Shown here in pieces: positions 62,001-64,000 of a stretch of 64,000 bases of DNA. The DNA is taken from NCBI GenBank assembly GCA_052168235.1, contig JBQLZK010000002.1, forward strand, positions 32,001 to 96,000. The letters are read 5' to 3'. This DNA comes from Thainema sp. (lineage in GTDB: Bacteria > Cyanobacteriota > Cyanobacteriia > Phormidesmidales > Phormidesmidaceae). Numbering within the stretch: position 1 is the stretch's first letter; the number at the start of each line of letters is the position of its first letter. The position numbers were made by a program, and so were the translations under genes. The notes under the pieces were generated by a model that saw only the letters and a list, made by a program, of their open reading frames with translations, was not told where the DNA came from and searched no databases.

Positions 62001-62279
62001 CTATTTCTTGAACATTTGCAGCATACGGTCAGTCACCAGAAAACCACCGACTACATTCACCGTTGCCAAAACCACGGCAATCAAACCCAAAATGACAGTA
62101 ATATTCCATTCTCTTGGCCCCGCAATCAGTAGAGCGCCGACGACGGCAATTCCTGAAATGGCGTTTGCACCCGACATCAGCGGCGTATGGAGGGTTGGCG
62201 GGACTTTATTAATCACCTCAAATCCCACAAACGATGCCAGCACAAATACAAATAAGCTAGCGATAAATAGTCCGGTCAT
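62001..62279 (-). CDS. pntA: NAD(P) transhydrogenase alpha subunit, membrane part
   Basis: VPPTLHTPLMSGANAISG, NVVGGF.VT.RML.MF. Confidence 0.95.
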   Translation of the reverse strand: MTGLFIASLFVFVLASFVGFEVINKVPPTLHTPLMSGANAISGIAVVGALLIAGPREWNITVILGLIAVVLATVNVVGGFLVTDRMLQMFKK

Positions 62280-62312
62280 AATTTTTCTATTGCGTCCTTC
62301 TTCTGTGCTTGA

Positions 62313-63464
62313 CTACATCAGAGCTACTTCCAGCGCATCCTGTACCCGCTGATTCAAAATTTCGCCATTGTGGGTAACACAGGCTCCGCTGATAATGTCG
62401 TCACCAAAATCGAGATTCAATTCGCCATCTTTGACGATCAGCTGCACCAGTGTTTGCAAATTCTTGGCATAGAGCTGGCTGGCATGCACGGGTACTGAAG
62501 ACGGTAAATTCGTAGGGCCAATAATCGTGACTCCATGCCGCACCACATCGCGCCCAGATTCAGATCCAACCACATTGCCGCCCTGATCGGCTGCTAAGTC
62601 CACAATGACGGAACCCGGAGCCATGCTGGCCACCATCTCATCGGTCACTAGGATCGGTGCTTTCTTACCCGGCACCTGAGCAGTGGTGATCACGACATCC
62701 GCCTGACTCACATGTTCAGCGACTAACTCACGCGATCGCTGTTTTGCCTGTTCCGACAGTTCCTTGGCATAGCCGCCTGCTGCCGCTGTTTCTTCATCCA
62801 GCGTCACTTCGACAAACCGTGCGCCCAAGCTCTGCACTTCTTCCTTCACCGCTGGCCGAATATCAAAGGCTTCCACGACAGCACCTAATCGACGAGCAGT
62901 TGAGATCGCTTGTAATCCGGCAACACCCGCTCCCATGACAAATACCTTGGCCGGACGGATAGTTCCCGCTGCCGTCGTCAACATTGGGAAATATTTAGGC
63001 AGTGCAGTTGCTGCAATTAACGCTGCTTTGTAACCAGCAATACTAGCTTGGGATGACAGTGCATCCATGCTTTGCGCCCGCGTCGTGCGGGGGATCATTT
63101 CCATGCTGAATGCAGTGACGCGGCGGTTGGCTAGGCGACGGGCAATTTCTGGCTGACCCAGTGGATCCATAAAGCCCACGAGAACTGATCCATCTCGAAG
63201 CAAATCCACTTCCGATCGCCCATCTTGATCTTGAGGGGGCCGCACCTTGAGCAGGATATCGGCTTCCCGCCACAGCTTTTCTCGATCGGTAATAATCTGG
63301 GCACCCACAGCCTCATACTCTGCATCCGGAAAATAAGCACGATCCCCAGCGCCAGCCTCAACCCAAACGTCAAAGCCCTGCTTCACGAGTCGCGATACGA
63401 CATCGGGGATCAAAGCAACTCGACGTTCACTAACTTCGATTTCTCTTGCTACTGCAATTTTCAT
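62313..63464 (-). CDS. pntA: NAD(P) transhydrogenase alpha subunit, NAD-binding part
   Basis: ERRVA, PRTTRAQSMDALSSQ, GAGVAGLQA. Confidence 0.96.
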   Translation of the reverse strand: MKIAVAREIEVSERRVALIPDVVSRLVKQGFDVWVEAGAGDRAYFPDAEYEAVGAQIITDREKLWREADILLKVRPPQDQDGRSEVDLLRDGSVLVGFMDPLGQPEIARRLANRRVTAFSMEMIPRTTRAQSMDALSSQASIAGYKAALIAATALPKYFPMLTTAAGTIRPAKVFVMGAGVAGLQAISTARRLGAVVEAFDIRPAVKEEVQSLGARFVEVTLDEETAAAGGYAKELSEQAKQRSRELVAEHVSQADVVITTAQVPGKKAPILVTDEMVASMAPGSVIVDLAADQGGNVVGSESGRDVVRHGVTIIGPTNLPSSVPVHASQLYAKNLQTLVQLIVKDGELNLDFGDDIISGACVTHNGEILNQRVQDALEVALM

Positions 63465-64000
63465 AAATATTCCTCAATAAACAACGCTAAAGCCTGAAAC
63501 ACTCAGGCTCAAGCAGTGTATCGATAGCATGGAATCGTTGATTTAGACGTTAATGACAACCACACTGCTGCAACATTTGCGTCAAATTGCTTGCGTCTCA
63601 ACTTTGACTCATTCCAATTCGTCTCAACAGCTTTGATAAATCGTCCAATCCAGCACTTCTCAAAACCATGTTTTTTTGCTGCCATCTCACAGCAGTGCTG
63701 ATAAATTCAAATCGCACTCATTTCAAATTCTAAAGAGTTTTTTCGCTACAGCGTCCTGTTCTTTAGCTTGTTTTATAGATTGAATGACATTGACTCCGTG
63801 CTTATCCAAATTTTCTTGGATTTCAACCTGATTCTTTATATTTAGCTCAAAAAGCAGAGGTATATAGACCTACTCTTTGACAACGTCTAAATCTACAGCA
63901 GGAGTATTTAACTCGATCTTTTTGTTTTTAGCTATTTAGTTTTATCTGATACCTCTCATCGCCTCAATCTGTATCTTCAGATGCTTGCTCGGGCCAATTA

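Larger units (their letters stand above)
546..62738. repeat. HIP1 octamer GCGATCGC dispersed through the window, frequently as TGCGATCGCA
   Basis: Dozens of copies in coding and intergenic DNA, e.g. near 547, 2003, 4248, 4450, 7272, 8366, 11008, 12171, 12893, 15869. Confidence 0.9.

Overview
Chromosomal segment of a cyanobacterium, probably a filamentous Leptolyngbya-like strain. This is inferred from the dense HIP1 octamer GCGATCGC, ntcA, pxcA, gvp genes, lrtA and an hpsE-like glycosyltransferase. Most genes are housekeeping (glgC, purB, ntcA, fabI, hisB, menG, xth, hemC, rpsU, dacB, lptC, lipB, pntA/B). Four accessory elements stand out. (i) A gvpA-C-N-J gas-vesicle operon in which GvpC and GvpN both end in a homologous winged-helix-like domain. 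(ii) A ~3.3 kb island with a truncated antitoxin-like relic, an EACC1-like gene coupled to a caspase-GUN4 protein whose 3' tip is a 7-tract G-quadruplex-like, Trp/Gly-coding segment, and a REP-associated tyrosine transposase that carries its own REP in-frame. (iii) A convergent sulfotransferase/Tat-sulfatase pair. (iv) Many tiny (80-180 bp) MITE-like hairpin elements. Two of these show direct insertion evidence (TA and 9-bp target duplications inside pre-existing hairpins), and many hairpins share a GC-NNN-GC apex. No rRNA, tRNA, CRISPR array or reverse transcriptase was seen. All family assignments come from motif recognition by eye, not database searches.
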